Of a DNA stretch of 64,000 bases, positions 39,793-50,700 are shown piece by piece. A program made the position numbers and the translations under genes. Positions within the stretch are counted from its first letter, which is position 1; each line of letters opens with the position of its first letter. Below the pieces are notes generated by a model. That model ran no database searches, was not told the DNA's origin, and saw nothing but the letters and a program-made list of their open reading frames with translations. This DNA comes from Acidobacteriota bacterium. Lineage in GTDB: Bacteria; Acidobacteriota; UBA6911; RPQK01; G965218465. Location: NCBI GenBank assembly GCA_965218465.1, contig OZ244623.1:2868097-2932096 (forward strand). Reading direction: 5' to 3'.

Positions 39793-41250
39793 TCAAGGCC
39801 AACGTTCAATCACGACTTTCTTATGGGTATAGAACTCGATTGCATCTCGGCCTTGTCCGTGCAGATCGCCAAAGAAACTGTCCTTCCAACCGCTGAAGGG
39901 AAAAGAGGCGACCGGAGCTGCAACTCCAATGTTGATTCCGATATTACCGGCCTCGACCTCATAGCGAAATTTGCGGGCGGCGCCGCCGCTACTGGTGAAA
40001 AGGCAGGCCATATTGCCATATCTACCGCGGTTGACAAACTCGATGGCGTCGTCCACGCGTCCAAAGGGCAGCAGAGTCAGCACCGGCCCGAAGATCTCGG
40101 TGGAGAGCAGGGAACTCTCAGTTTGGACATCACTCAGGATGGTCGGTCCCACAAAATAACCGTTCTCGTAGCCCGGTACGTTGGGATGACGACCATCGAC
40201 AGCCAGACTGGCTCCCTCCTGGGCTCCCTGGCTGACAAGATTTTCGATTCGACTTTTGCTATCGCTCGAAATGACCGGACCCATCTCGATTCCTTCGTCA
40301 AGACCAAAACCAACTCTCCGGGAACGCGCAATGTCCGAAATAGCTTCCTGGAAGGGTTCATGGGCCGATCCGACTGTGGCAACGAGTGAGCCGGCCAGGC
40401 AACGCTGTCCCGCGCATCCGAAAGCGGATTCCCCGATGATCCGCGCCGTCCCTTCCATATCCGCGTCAGGGAGAACGAAGAGCGGATTCTTGGCTCCACC
40501 TTGGCATTGAACCCGTTTTCCCTGGGCCGCCGCCCGCCCGTAAATGTACTTGGCGACCGGTGTGGAACCGACGAAGCTGATGCCTGCGATCCGTGGATGG
40601 TCAAGAATCGCATCCACCGTCTCCTTGGAGCCGTTGACCAGTTGCAAAACCCCTTTTGGGAGACCGGTTTGCTCGACCAACTCGAGAATTTTTTGGGCGG
40701 TCAGGGGGACTTTTTCACTGGGCTTGAGAATAATGCAATTACCGCAAGCGATCGCGTAGGGGACGAACCAGAGGGGGATCATAGCAGGAAAGTTGAAAGG
40801 TGTTATGGCAGCGAAAATGCCAACCGGTTGACGAATCATCATTTCATCAATGCCGGGGGCGATGTCTTCGCTGTTGTACCCCTGAAGCAGCGACGGGATT
40901 CCACAGGCCACTTCCACGTTTTCGATCCCGCGCTGCAGCTCGCCCTTGGCTTCCTGAAGCGTTTTTCCGCATTCTCGGGTTGTGAGCGCGGCCATCTCAT
41001 TGAGATTCTGCTCCAACAGCCGCTTGAGCTTGAATAGGTATTGGACTCGTTGCACAGACGGAGTTCGGCGCCATTCCCGAAAAGCCTGCGCAGCACCGGC
41101 CACCGCACGGTCCACTTCAGCGGCTGGAGAGAGGGGAACCGAGGCGATCTCCTCTGCAGTGGCGGGATTGATGACGCTAAGCACCTCCCCGGCGTATGAC
41201 TTGTGCCAACTCCCATTGATGAAGTTCAAGACTTGGTGAACGTTTTCCAT
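39793..41250 (-). CDS. mmsA: CoA-acylating methylmalonate-semialdehyde dehydrogenase (aldehyde dehydrogenase family)
   Basis: Start MENVHQVLNFINGSWHKS at 41250. Catalytic Cys region GQRCLA and ACGNCIILKPSEKVP; ~485 aa. Confidence 0.7.
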   Translation of the reverse strand: MENVHQVLNFINGSWHKSYAGEVLSVINPATAEEIASVPLSPAAEVDRAVAGAAQAFREWRRTPSVQRVQYLFKLKRLLEQNLNEMAALTTRECGKTLQEAKGELQRGIENVEVACGIPSLLQGYNSEDIAPGIDEMMIRQPVGIFAAITPFNFPAMIPLWFVPYAIACGNCIILKPSEKVPLTAQKILELVEQTGLPKGVLQLVNGSKETVDAILDHPRIAGISFVGSTPVAKYIYGRAAAQGKRVQCQGGAKNPLFVLPDADMEGTARIIGESAFGCAGQRCLAGSLVATVGSAHEPFQEAISDIARSRRVGFGLDEGIEMGPVISSDSKSRIENLVSQGAQEGASLAVDGRHPNVPGYENGYFVGPTILSDVQTESSLLSTEIFGPVLTLLPFGRVDDAIEFVNRGRYGNMACLFTSSGGAARKFRYEVEAGNIGINIGVAAPVASFPFSGWKDSFFGDLHGQGRDAIEFYTHKKVVIERWP

Positions 41251-42036
41251 GGCAGCCTCCTTTCCCTTCTTTCCCATCGGTCCGCCCAGTTCATCCGGGG
41301 AAACCGGAGCAGAGAAGAAAAGCCCACCATCGGGCGGGAGTCTCTTTTCGTTGCCAGTGAGGATAAACCTTTGTTTGAGCAAGTTCCAATTCAGCCTTGT
41401 GCTGTTTTGCAAGGACAATCACTTGGATTGACCCGAGCCGAGAGATTCGGCGAGGGCATTCTCTTCGATGGCCGGATGTGTGGTCAGTCCCTGCTTCACT
41501 CGACACGAATGACTGGCCGCATGATCTTTCCCAAGAACTTGCATAACGGTCCTTTTGGGGGCCTATGAGAGAATGGAAACTGCGAAATCGTTCCCGAGAT
41601 GCCCTGGGTTTGGGTTCAAGCTTGGGAGTGTTCCAAGCGGATGCCCAGGCTGGGCTTGGAGATGTTGGCGGGACTGCCGGCGTATCGTCGTCGCCCGATG
41701 CCTGAGGAATTCCAAGCGACCAGGTTGGTGATCGATGGTGGGATTCAGGTATGATTCAATAATATTCTGGCGGGGTCCATGGGCCGGTTTGGACTTGAGT
41801 CGACAAGTAAGAACCAAACTGCCGGCTGAACCGGAAGGATTAGCGGTATGCGAGCAACGAGTGTCCAAGCCAAAAGCCGCGTTGCCGAGGGCATGGAACG
41901 CTACGGAAAGTGCCTGAAACTCATGGAACCGCAGAATTCCCGCCAATTCGGTCAACGGGCCTCGTTGGAGGCTGTCCGCTTGAATGGTATTTGGTGCGCT
42001 GAATACTCCAACTGAACCTTAGAGGCCTTCTCTCTC

Positions 42037-43080
42037 ATGTCCAGAATTGTTGAGTCTCCCCAAGACTTTGTCATTATCGGCGAGAATATCCACGCCACGC
42101 GTGTTGTGCTGCGAAAGGGGATTCGGGTCAAGATCCTTCCCGACGGGGCCGAAGCGGTTACCTATCGGGGGGAATCGGGAGAAAGGTGCTTCATGCCCAT
42201 TCCCGAGAGCTACCAAAAGACCCAGCCCTATCAACAAGGTCAAATCAAGCACTACATGGTCGCTATCACCAAGGGTCTCAGCGAAAGTTCCGAGGAACGC
42301 CAACAGGCGAGAGCGTACATTCACTACGGTGTCAGAAGGCAGACAAAGGCAGGAGCCGATTTCTTGGACCTGAATGTAGACGAGATCTCCTACAAACTTG
42401 ATGTTCAGAAACGAGCTATGCGGTGGCTCGTCAAGACTGTTCAAGAAGTCTCATCGATTCCTCCCAGCGTGGATTCTTCCAACCCCGAGATTATCGAATC
42501 CGGCTTAGCTGTCTACGACGGGAAGGCCGGTCGTCCCATGTTGAATTCCGTGGCTCTGGAGCGACCCGAGACCCTTGAGCTGGCGGAAGAGTACAGTGCC
42601 AGAATTGTCGTAACGGCCGCCGGGGCAGAGGGAATGCCCGAGGACGCTTCCCAGAGAGTTGCCAACGTCAAGCAATTGATGGACTTGGCCTTGGCCAGAG
42701 GAATTCCGCTCAGTGACATTTACATTGATGGGTTGGTGTTCCCCAGCTCGGTCTCTCCCGACTACGGCATGCACTATTTGGATGCAGTCAGAGAGCTACG
42801 GGAATTCTATGGCCCCGACGTTTACATAACGGGAGGGCTCAGCAACGTCTCTTTTGGGCTGCCGCAACGGAAGCTACTCAATATTGCTTTTATCAAGCTG
42901 AGTCTGGAAGCGGGGATCAACAGCGGAATTGTTGACCCTGTTCACTGCAATATTGGGCGGATACTTGAACTGGAAAGCGAGTCCGAGCCGCTCCGTCTGG
43001 CCCGGGATGTTCTAGTGGGCAAGGATGATTTCTGCTCCAATTACATTCGGGCTTGGAGGGACGGTCGGCTAAAAACGTAA
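42037..43080 (+). CDS. pterin-binding-domain methyltransferase (methylcobamide:tetrahydrofolate methyltransferase, MtrH/AcsE/MtgA-like)
   Basis: Colinear with the Moorella MeTr family: LDLNVDEIS...WLVKTVQEVSSIPPSVDSSNPEIIESGL...MLNSVALE...IYIDGLVFP...TGGLSNVSFGLP. Confidence 0.65.
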   Translation: MSRIVESPQDFVIIGENIHATRVVLRKGIRVKILPDGAEAVTYRGESGERCFMPIPESYQKTQPYQQGQIKHYMVAITKGLSESSEERQQARAYIHYGVRRQTKAGADFLDLNVDEISYKLDVQKRAMRWLVKTVQEVSSIPPSVDSSNPEIIESGLAVYDGKAGRPMLNSVALERPETLELAEEYSARIVVTAAGAEGMPEDASQRVANVKQLMDLALARGIPLSDIYIDGLVFPSSVSPDYGMHYLDAVRELREFYGPDVYITGGLSNVSFGLPQRKLLNIAFIKLSLEAGINSGIVDPVHCNIGRILELESESEPLRLARDVLVGKDDFCSNYIRAWRDGRLKT

Positions 43081-43159
43081 GAATATAGAAGGTGACCGGG
43101 TCGAGGAGGCACAGCCCTCGAAAGACCGGACCTCTGTTTCAAGTGCGAAGGGAAAAACA

Positions 43160-43951
43160 ATGACCATCGTCAACGAGGGTCTAAAGCAAGAACTGGCCTA
43201 TGTGACCCGGCCTAACGAGTTGCAACGCATCAGCAATACTTTCGGGCAAGCGGATCCACTGCTGCAGGACATCAGTCATTTCCTCATTCGAGGCGATCAG
43301 AACGAAGTGGGCCGACTGACCAAACAGGCTTTGGAGGAAGGTTATTCGGCCAATACCGTGCTTGATGATGGACTTATTCCCGGCATGGCCGTGATTGGAA
43401 TCAAATTTCGCGACAACATAATCTTTGTCCCCGAGGTTTTAATCTCGGCCCGCGCCATGAAGGCGGGGATGGCGCATCTGGAGCCCATTCTTTCGGCCTC
43501 CGACATGCCTCCGCTCGGCACCATTGTCATGGGGACGGTCAAAGGTGACCTTCACGATATCGGCAAGAACCTCTGCATAATGATGTTGCGGGGTGCCGGG
43601 TTTGTTGTCGAGAACCTGGGAGTGGATACCAAGCCGGATGAGTTTCTGGACGCGGTTTCGGAACACCGAGCCCAGATCTTTGGGATGTCAGCCTTGCTGA
43701 CCACCACCATGCCCAACATGGGAAAGACGATTCAAGCTTTCCAAGAGGCAGGTCTGCAAGGTCAGGTAAAAAGCATGGTCGGGGGAGCGCCGGTGACTCA
43801 GGAATTCGCCGACGAGATGGGCGCTGACGGTTACGGCAAAGACGCCATCGCCTGTGTCGAGAAAGCCAAAGAGCTCTTGGGCTTGAACGATGAGACGGAA
43901 GCCGATCCGGCGGGTGCTGCTACCGAAGTGGCAACGATGACTTCCCGCTAG
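43160..43951 (+). CDS. corrinoid (cobalamin-binding) protein
   Basis: B12-binding DxHxxG motif GDLHDIGKN, followed by a Rossmann-like domain (…GMSALLTTTMPNM…MVGGAP…). Confidence 0.7.
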   Translation: MTIVNEGLKQELAYVTRPNELQRISNTFGQADPLLQDISHFLIRGDQNEVGRLTKQALEEGYSANTVLDDGLIPGMAVIGIKFRDNIIFVPEVLISARAMKAGMAHLEPILSASDMPPLGTIVMGTVKGDLHDIGKNLCIMMLRGAGFVVENLGVDTKPDEFLDAVSEHRAQIFGMSALLTTTMPNMGKTIQAFQEAGLQGQVKSMVGGAPVTQEFADEMGADGYGKDAIACVEKAKELLGLNDETEADPAGAATEVATMTSR

Positions 43952-44147
43952 AAATAATCGTCTCCCTGTCTTTCCCCCCGCTGAGCACCAAAGTGAGAGA
44001 CCATTGGCGGACCGCTTTGGCCGGGGGGTTGCCTCCTTTGGCGGGTATGCCTTCTCGAAACGTGCAGTCGGTCGAAGGGAGCGGAACAAGCTTCCAGCCG
44101 GCAGCAGCAACGGGGGACGGAGCCGGCGGCCGGCTTCAAACTCAAAG

Positions 44148-44420
44148 TCAGTTTTCCCGACATTGGACGCTCTGGGGCTGGGTGTTGGTGCAGGCGATCG
44201 TGTTGGTGACGCCGCTGGTCAAGTTGGCGCAGACGACATCGATTGCGGTTCTACGGGCCTCCATTTCCGTGGTTCCCGAGGCGCCGGCACAGTCGGTTCG
44301 CCCTTGGTAGGTCAGGCAAACCTGGCAGGTGAACCGGTCGAGGCCCATTGTGGAAAAGATAATGAAAGCGACAAAACCAACGACAACGAGTGCAAAGATG
44401 GTTTTGGCGGCTCGTCCCAT
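44148..44420 (-). CDS. hypothetical small membrane protein with Cys-rich ectodomain
   Basis: MGRAAKTIFALVVVGFVAFIIFSTMG (TM helix), then six Cys (CQVC...C...C...C...C). Confidence 0.3.
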   Translation of the reverse strand: MGRAAKTIFALVVVGFVAFIIFSTMGLDRFTCQVCLTYQGRTDCAGASGTTEMEARRTAIDVVCANLTSGVTNTIACTNTQPQSVQCREN

Positions 44421-44521
44421 AGGTTGGAGTATAAGTTCGCACCTCCCCCTTCTCAACCCCGGCTTCGATCCCGATTCCAGGGCAGACCGATCGTTTAGAC
44501 TGAGGTAGCTCTTTTTGATTT

Positions 44522-47500
44522 ATGCTGCAAATTCTCACTTCATCCGGAATGGAAGAGGCTCTCGAAAGTGGCCGCAAGTGGCTAACTGAGCGAGTGATCT
44601 CGCAGGCAGTGGTCGTGGGGCCAAGCTTTGGAGTCGCGGAGGATTTCGTTCTGCGGTGCAGTCGAAAAAAAACCGGCTTCCTGGGATTCCATCGGCTCAG
44701 CTTCCTGCAACTGGCAGGAGAATTGGCCACCGCTGAATTGGCGCTCAACCAGCGGGTGCCGATTACAGGTCTGGGAATGACAGCCCTTTGTGCCCGGGCC
44801 ACTTATCGTTGTCTCAAAGAACCTGGTCTCCAATATTTCGGTCCGGTAGCTGATTTTCCGGGCTTCTCTCGGGCTCTGGGGGCAACGTTGCCTGAGCTGC
44901 GTTCGGAACGGATCGACCCCCGGAAACTGGTTGAAGCCGGGTCGGCCGGCGGAGATTTTCACCACCTGCTTCGGCTCTACGAAGAGGAAATGGAGCAAAC
45001 TGGTTTGGCCGATACAGCGGACGTTTTCCGAGTTGCCAAGCGAGCTGTTCAGCGGGCCTCCCATCACTATCTTCAAGCCCCCTTTGTTTTGCTCTTCGTC
45101 TCTCCCACCCGATTGGTGGAGAGAGAATTTCTGGCGGCGCTTGCCGAACAAGTTCCCGATCTGTTGGCGCTGGTCATTGCTGGAGACCAGGGGGGTGTGG
45201 AAGCTCTTGCCGAGTCCCTGAACGTGGAACCCAAGGCTATCGACGACGACCGCTACCGGAGTGATCACAAACTGGATCGGCTGCGGCGCTTTCTTTTCTT
45301 GCCGAGTACTCCCACCGAAGCCCCTCCCAAGGCGGACGACAGCCTGGAGTTTTTTTCGGAACCGGGGGAAGACCGCGAATGTGTGGAGATAGCCCGGCGG
45401 ATTCGCTTTGCGGTCAAAGAGGGTATCTGTTTTGACCAGGTAGCTATCCTGCTTCGAAGTCCCCGGACGTATATGCCCCTGGTGGAGGACGCTCTCCGGC
45501 GAGCCGGGATCCCCGGCTATTTTACTCACGGAACCAACCGGCCCGACCCGGCCGGTCGAGCCTTTCTGGCTCTGTTGCAGTGTGCTTCTGAAGGATTGTC
45601 AGCCAGTCGGTTCGCCGAGTATCTTTCTTTGGGACAAACCCCCTTGCCCGATCCTGCAGGAAAACCTCCAACTGCCGGCAGCATCCCGTGGGCGGAGCCT
45701 CGCAACGAACAACTCTCTTTCAAGACCCCTTTGGCAGCTCCCGAGGACCCAGTTCAAGCCGAGCGCTGGAACAACCCCGAAAAAGAGCCCGTTGTCGCCG
45801 GGACCCTGCAGGCCCCCCGGCAATGGGAAAAGTTGCTGGTCGATGCTGCTGTAATTGGGGGCAGGGATCGCTGGGAGCAGCGGCTGCAGGGGTTGGCCCG
45901 CGAACTGGAGCTACAGCTGAAGACCCTGGACCGGGAAGACCAATCGAACTTGGCTCCTCTCCACCGTCGTATTGGACAATTGGCCCATTTGCATCGCTTT
46001 GCTCTGCCTTTGATCAAGCGGTTGGACGAGCTGCCCCAGCAGGCTCGTTGGCAAGAATGGTTGACTGCCTTGGAGCAATTGGCCGGCGTGGCTCTCAAGT
46101 CGCCAAACTCAGTTCTTGCTCTTATTTCCGAGCTGCGACCGATGGACGAAGTCGGACCGGTGGGCCTGGAAGAAGTCCAGTCCGTATTGCACGACCGCCT
46201 TTCTTTTCTTCGCCAACCTCCCCCTGGGCACCGCTACGGGCGGGTTTTCGTGGGCACTGTAGAAGAGGTAGCCGGACGGTCCTTCGAATTGGTATTTTTG
46301 CCCGGATTAGCCGAGGGGATCTTCCCGCGCAAGGCTTGTGAGGACCCCCTGCTGCTGGATGAATTGCGCACCCGGCTCAGCCTGGAGCGAGCGCTGGACC
46401 GAAAGCGGCTGCAGGAGCGCCGTCTATTGCATTGGGCGGTGGCCTCAGTCCGCCGCCGCCTGGTCATCTCTTACCCTCGGGTGGATCTTGCCCAAGGACG
46501 GGCGCGCGTACCCTCGTTCTATGCCTTGGACCTGCTGCGCGCGGCTGAGGGGGAATTGCCTGACGTGAGCCGGTTGGAGAAACGAGCAGCGGCAGCTTCC
46601 CGTACCCGATTGGGATGGCCCGCTCCCAAGGATCGTAAACTGGCTGTCGACGACGCAGAATACGACTTGGCATTGCTTGACCCGCTGCTCAGCCGCGGGG
46701 ACGAGTCCGGCGAAGGCCACGCCCGCTTCCTGATCAAGACCAATAAGCACCTGGAAAGATCTCTCCGTACACGGTGGTATCGCTGGCGGCCCGGTTTCAA
46801 GCCAGCTGATGGACTTGTCGACCCCGATCCAAAAACCCTGGATCTTCTCCAATCATGGCGCTTGAGCAACCGGAGCTATTCGCCCACTTCTCTGCAGCAA
46901 TTTGCCGCCTGTCCCTATAAGTTCTTTCTCTATTCAGTGCACCGGCTACGGCCGCGAGAAGAAGCGGCGGCAGTGGAACAGATGGATCCACTGACCCGGG
47001 GGGCTCTCTTCCACGAGGTGCAGTTCGATCTATTCTCGGAACTGCGAAGTCGGCGACTTCTTCCGCCCAGTCCGGACAATCTTGGCCGGGTCCAGCAGGT
47101 GGCCGAAACCGTTTTCCAGCGAGTGGTCAAAAAGTATGAAGAGGATTTGGCTCCCGCCATACCCCGGGTCTGGGCGACTGAAGTCGAGAACCTGCGAACC
47201 GATCTCAGAGGTTGGCTGCGAGAAGTCATCCGTGGCGGGCCAGACTGGATTCCCGATCGTTTTGAATTCGCTTTCGGCTTGCCTTTGAGTCCTGAGCGAG
47301 ATTCCGAAAGCCGGCCCGAGGACGCCGTGATCAACCGGGGCGTCAGGGTACGCGGCTCGATCGATCTTGTCGAGAAGAGCAAGACTGGGGCAGCTCTACG
47401 CGTGACGGACCACAAGACCGGCAAAGCTCCATCCAAGAAGGCATTGGTGGTCAAGGGAGGAGAGGTCCTGCAACCCATGATCTATGCGTTGGCAGCGGAG

Positions 47501-47791
47501 AATCTGCTCAAGAAACCGGTGCAGTCGGGCCGGCTCTTTTACTGCACGCGAAGAGGGGAATTTCAGGTTATTGAAGTTACCCTGGATGAAAAGAACCGGT
47601 CCAAGTTCCAGTTGGTCACGGATGTGATCGATAAAGCCCTGGCTGAAGGCTTTCTTCCAGCCGCGCCACGAGAGAAGGCCTGCGGCTTCTGCGACTACCA
47701 GCGGGTTTGCGGCCCCTATGAGGAACAGCGAGTGGGCCGCAAAGATCCGACCCGCCTGGCAGATTTGAACCGATTACGGGCATTGCCATGA
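44522..47791 (+). CDS. addB: AddB-like helicase-nuclease subunit (inactivated helicase N-terminus + C-terminal PD-(D/E)xK/Fe-S nuclease)
   Basis: 1089 aa. No Walker A at the N-terminus. C-terminal nuclease motifs GSIDLVE...LRVTDHKTGK and Cys cluster CGFCDYQRVCG. Stop overlaps the next gene's start. Confidence 0.65.
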   Translation: MLQILTSSGMEEALESGRKWLTERVISQAVVVGPSFGVAEDFVLRCSRKKTGFLGFHRLSFLQLAGELATAELALNQRVPITGLGMTALCARATYRCLKEPGLQYFGPVADFPGFSRALGATLPELRSERIDPRKLVEAGSAGGDFHHLLRLYEEEMEQTGLADTADVFRVAKRAVQRASHHYLQAPFVLLFVSPTRLVEREFLAALAEQVPDLLALVIAGDQGGVEALAESLNVEPKAIDDDRYRSDHKLDRLRRFLFLPSTPTEAPPKADDSLEFFSEPGEDRECVEIARRIRFAVKEGICFDQVAILLRSPRTYMPLVEDALRRAGIPGYFTHGTNRPDPAGRAFLALLQCASEGLSASRFAEYLSLGQTPLPDPAGKPPTAGSIPWAEPRNEQLSFKTPLAAPEDPVQAERWNNPEKEPVVAGTLQAPRQWEKLLVDAAVIGGRDRWEQRLQGLARELELQLKTLDREDQSNLAPLHRRIGQLAHLHRFALPLIKRLDELPQQARWQEWLTALEQLAGVALKSPNSVLALISELRPMDEVGPVGLEEVQSVLHDRLSFLRQPPPGHRYGRVFVGTVEEVAGRSFELVFLPGLAEGIFPRKACEDPLLLDELRTRLSLERALDRKRLQERRLLHWAVASVRRRLVISYPRVDLAQGRARVPSFYALDLLRAAEGELPDVSRLEKRAAAASRTRLGWPAPKDRKLAVDDAEYDLALLDPLLSRGDESGEGHARFLIKTNKHLERSLRTRWYRWRPGFKPADGLVDPDPKTLDLLQSWRLSNRSYSPTSLQQFAACPYKFFLYSVHRLRPREEAAAVEQMDPLTRGALFHEVQFDLFSELRSRRLLPPSPDNLGRVQQVAETVFQRVVKKYEEDLAPAIPRVWATEVENLRTDLRGWLREVIRGGPDWIPDRFEFAFGLPLSPERDSESRPEDAVINRGVRVRGSIDLVEKSKTGAALRVTDHKTGKAPSKKALVVKGGEVLQPMIYALAAENLLKKPVQSGRLFYCTRRGEFQVIEVTLDEKNRSKFQLVTDVIDKALAEGFLPAAPREKACGFCDYQRVCGPYEEQRVGRKDPTRLADLNRLRALP

Positions 47792-50700
47792 GCTTATCCC
47801 GCCAACCCTCGGGTCCGGATAAATCGACTTCGGAGAAGCTGATAGCCGAGGACCGCCGTATGCGAGAGCGGATCTTGACCTCGCTGGAAGAGAGTCTGTT
47901 GGTGGAAGCGGCGGCAGGCACCGGCAAGACGACTGTTCTGGTGCATCGTCTGGTGGAAGTCCTCAAGCAGGGAACTGGCATTGATGGAGTGGCTGCCGTC
48001 ACCTTCACGCGCAAGGCGGCCGGCGAGTTGAAGCTTCGCTTACGACAGGGACTGGAGCAGGCGCGGGTTCAGGCCTCGCCCAGCGAGAAGGCCAACCTCG
48101 AAACAGCCATTGCCCGCTTGGAAGAGGCGCGTATCGGCACCATTCACTCCTTTTGTGCCGAGCTGTTGAGAGAACGGCCGGTGGAAGCCGGCGTTGATCC
48201 TGATTTTCAAGAACTGTCCGAAGAGGAAGCTCCCCGCTTCTTTGATCAGGCATTCAAGGTCTGGATCCAACAGAAGCTCGACGAGATGCCGGAGGCTCTG
48301 AGTCGGGTCTTGACCAGGCTGGCCCACCGCCGCCGCTTCGGCAACTTGTCCGCTTTGGAACAAATCCGTGAGGCGGGATGGAAGTTGGCGGAGTGGCGCG
48401 ATTTCTCCGCCTCTTGGCGCCGCCAACCGTTTGACCCTGGGGCCGCGGTGGACCGGTTGTTGAAGCAAATCGCCGAAGTAGCGCGGATCAGCGCCAAATG
48501 TGAGTACCGGAAAGACTATCTTCGTCTTTCTCTACAGCCCACCCGTTTTTTCCAGCGCGATCTCGAAAAGGCACGTGAGTTGGGAGCGCTCGATCCCCAC
48601 GACCTGGAAGCCCGCTTGATCGAGCTGAGCTTCGCCCTCAACAGGGACCGGCGCAAAGGTCGAGGTCTCTTTGTCCAGGGCTATAGCCGCCAACAAGTCC
48701 TGCAGCTACGGGAAGAACTGACCCGTTGCCTGGAAGATTTCAAGGTCCGGGCCGATGCCGATCTGGCCGCTTTGCTGCAGCGGGAGCTACAAGGACTCAT
48801 CGCCCAATATGAGCAGGTCAAACGACGCGCGGGAAGTCTCGACTTTGTCGATCTTCTTATTGGCGCCAGACGATTGATCCGGGACAACCCGACCGTGAGA
48901 GCACACCTGCAGAGAAGGTTTACCCACATTTTCGTAGATGAGTTTCAGGACACGGATCCCCTTCAGATTGAGATTATTCTGTTGCTGGCAGCCGGTGACG
49001 TCAATCAGAGCGATTGGGAGCAGGTACAGGTCAAGCCGGGAAAACTCTTTCTGGTGGGAGATCCCAAGCAGTCGATTTACCGCTTTCGCCGGGCCGACGT
49101 GACGCTTTATCAGCGGGTCAAGGCACAACTCCTGGGGGCCGGTGTCGGCGAGGCTCGACTGAGCCGAAATTTTCGTTCGGAGCAACCGTTGCAGGAAGCC
49201 GTCAATGCGGCCTTTTCCGACGTCATGGATGGGGATCCCGAGGTGGGTCAGCCCGACTATGTCCCCCTTTTGGAGCACCTGCCCGGCAATCCAGCTCATC
49301 CCCCGGTGGTGGCATTGCCGCCCCCGCGGCCTTATGGCTACTACGGGATCACCAAAAAGGCAGTGGAGGAATGCCTTCCCGATACAGTGGCGGCCTTTCT
49401 CGATTGGCTGATTCGCGAAAGCGGTTGGAGTATCCGGGATCCGGAGGATCCGCAAACACTGATTCCGATTCAGCCTCATCACATTTCGCTGCTTTTTCGG
49501 CGCTTCCTTTCCTGGGGAAAGGATGTCACTCGACCCTATGTGCAGGCGCTGGACGCGCGTTCGTTGCCTCACCTGTTGGTGGGATCCCGTTCTTTCCACC
49601 AACGTGAAGAGGTCGAAACCTTGCTTGCAGCTCTCACGGCCGTGGAGTGGCCCGATGATGCGCTCTCTGTTTTTGCCACGCTGAAGGCTTCTCTCTTCGC
49701 CATTCCCGATAATCTCTTGTTACGGTGGCGCCTCGAACTGGGTTCGCTCCACCCCTTCCGCAAGCTTCCCGAGTCGATCGATCCGGATTTTGAGGCCATT
49801 GTCCAGGCACTTGAGCTGTTGGCCGAACTCCACCGGAGACGCAACTCGCGGCCGGTCGTGGAGACGGTCAACGAGATCCTTGAGTTTACGCGGGCCCATG
49901 CAGGTTTCGCTTTTCGCCCCGCTGGTGACCGAGTATTGGCCAATGTACAGAAAATTTGCGACCTGGCTCGCCGCTACGAGACTTCGGGTGGTATTTCTTT
50001 CCGCGGCTTCGTGGAACGTTTGACCGAAGAGTCCCAGCGTCCACGTTCTAACGAGGCTCCGGTCGTCGAGGAAGGAGCGGAAGGTATACGAATGATGACT
50101 CTTCACTCGGCCAAAGGTCTGGAGTCGCCGGTGGTCGTACTTTGCGATATCACCGCCAATTTGGCATCCAGGGAGCCGGATAAGCTGGTAGACCGGAAAC
50201 GCAGTCTCTGTGCCATGAAAACTCTGGGCTGTGCTCCCTGGGAGTTGATCGAAGCGGCTGAGGCGGAGCACCGCAAAGATCTGGCCGAGGGAGTGAGGAT
50301 CGCTTACGTGGCGGCCACCCGAGCCCGCGACCTGCTGGTAGTCCCAGCCGTAGGGGATAAGGCTCTAAAGGGGGGGTGGGTGTCACCCCTCGACCCGGCT
50401 GTTTATCCCGCACAGCATGCCCGACGCAATTCTCGACCCGATCCACGCTGCCCGGAGTTCGGAAACGTCACTGTACTGGCAAGACCGATGCGCTGGGACG
50501 GAACCGTGGAGTCTTCAGTCAAGCCCGGTCTGCACCGGCCCGCGAAGGGCCGGCACGAGGTCGTGTGGTGGGACCCCTCGATTCTCTCGCTCGGGAGCGA
50601 GGGTGGCGTTGGACTACGCCGGGAAAAAATCCTGGCTCGGGATGAGGGGAACCAAGCCGAACGTGGGCTTGAACTCTATCTGGACTGGAAGGAACAGCGA

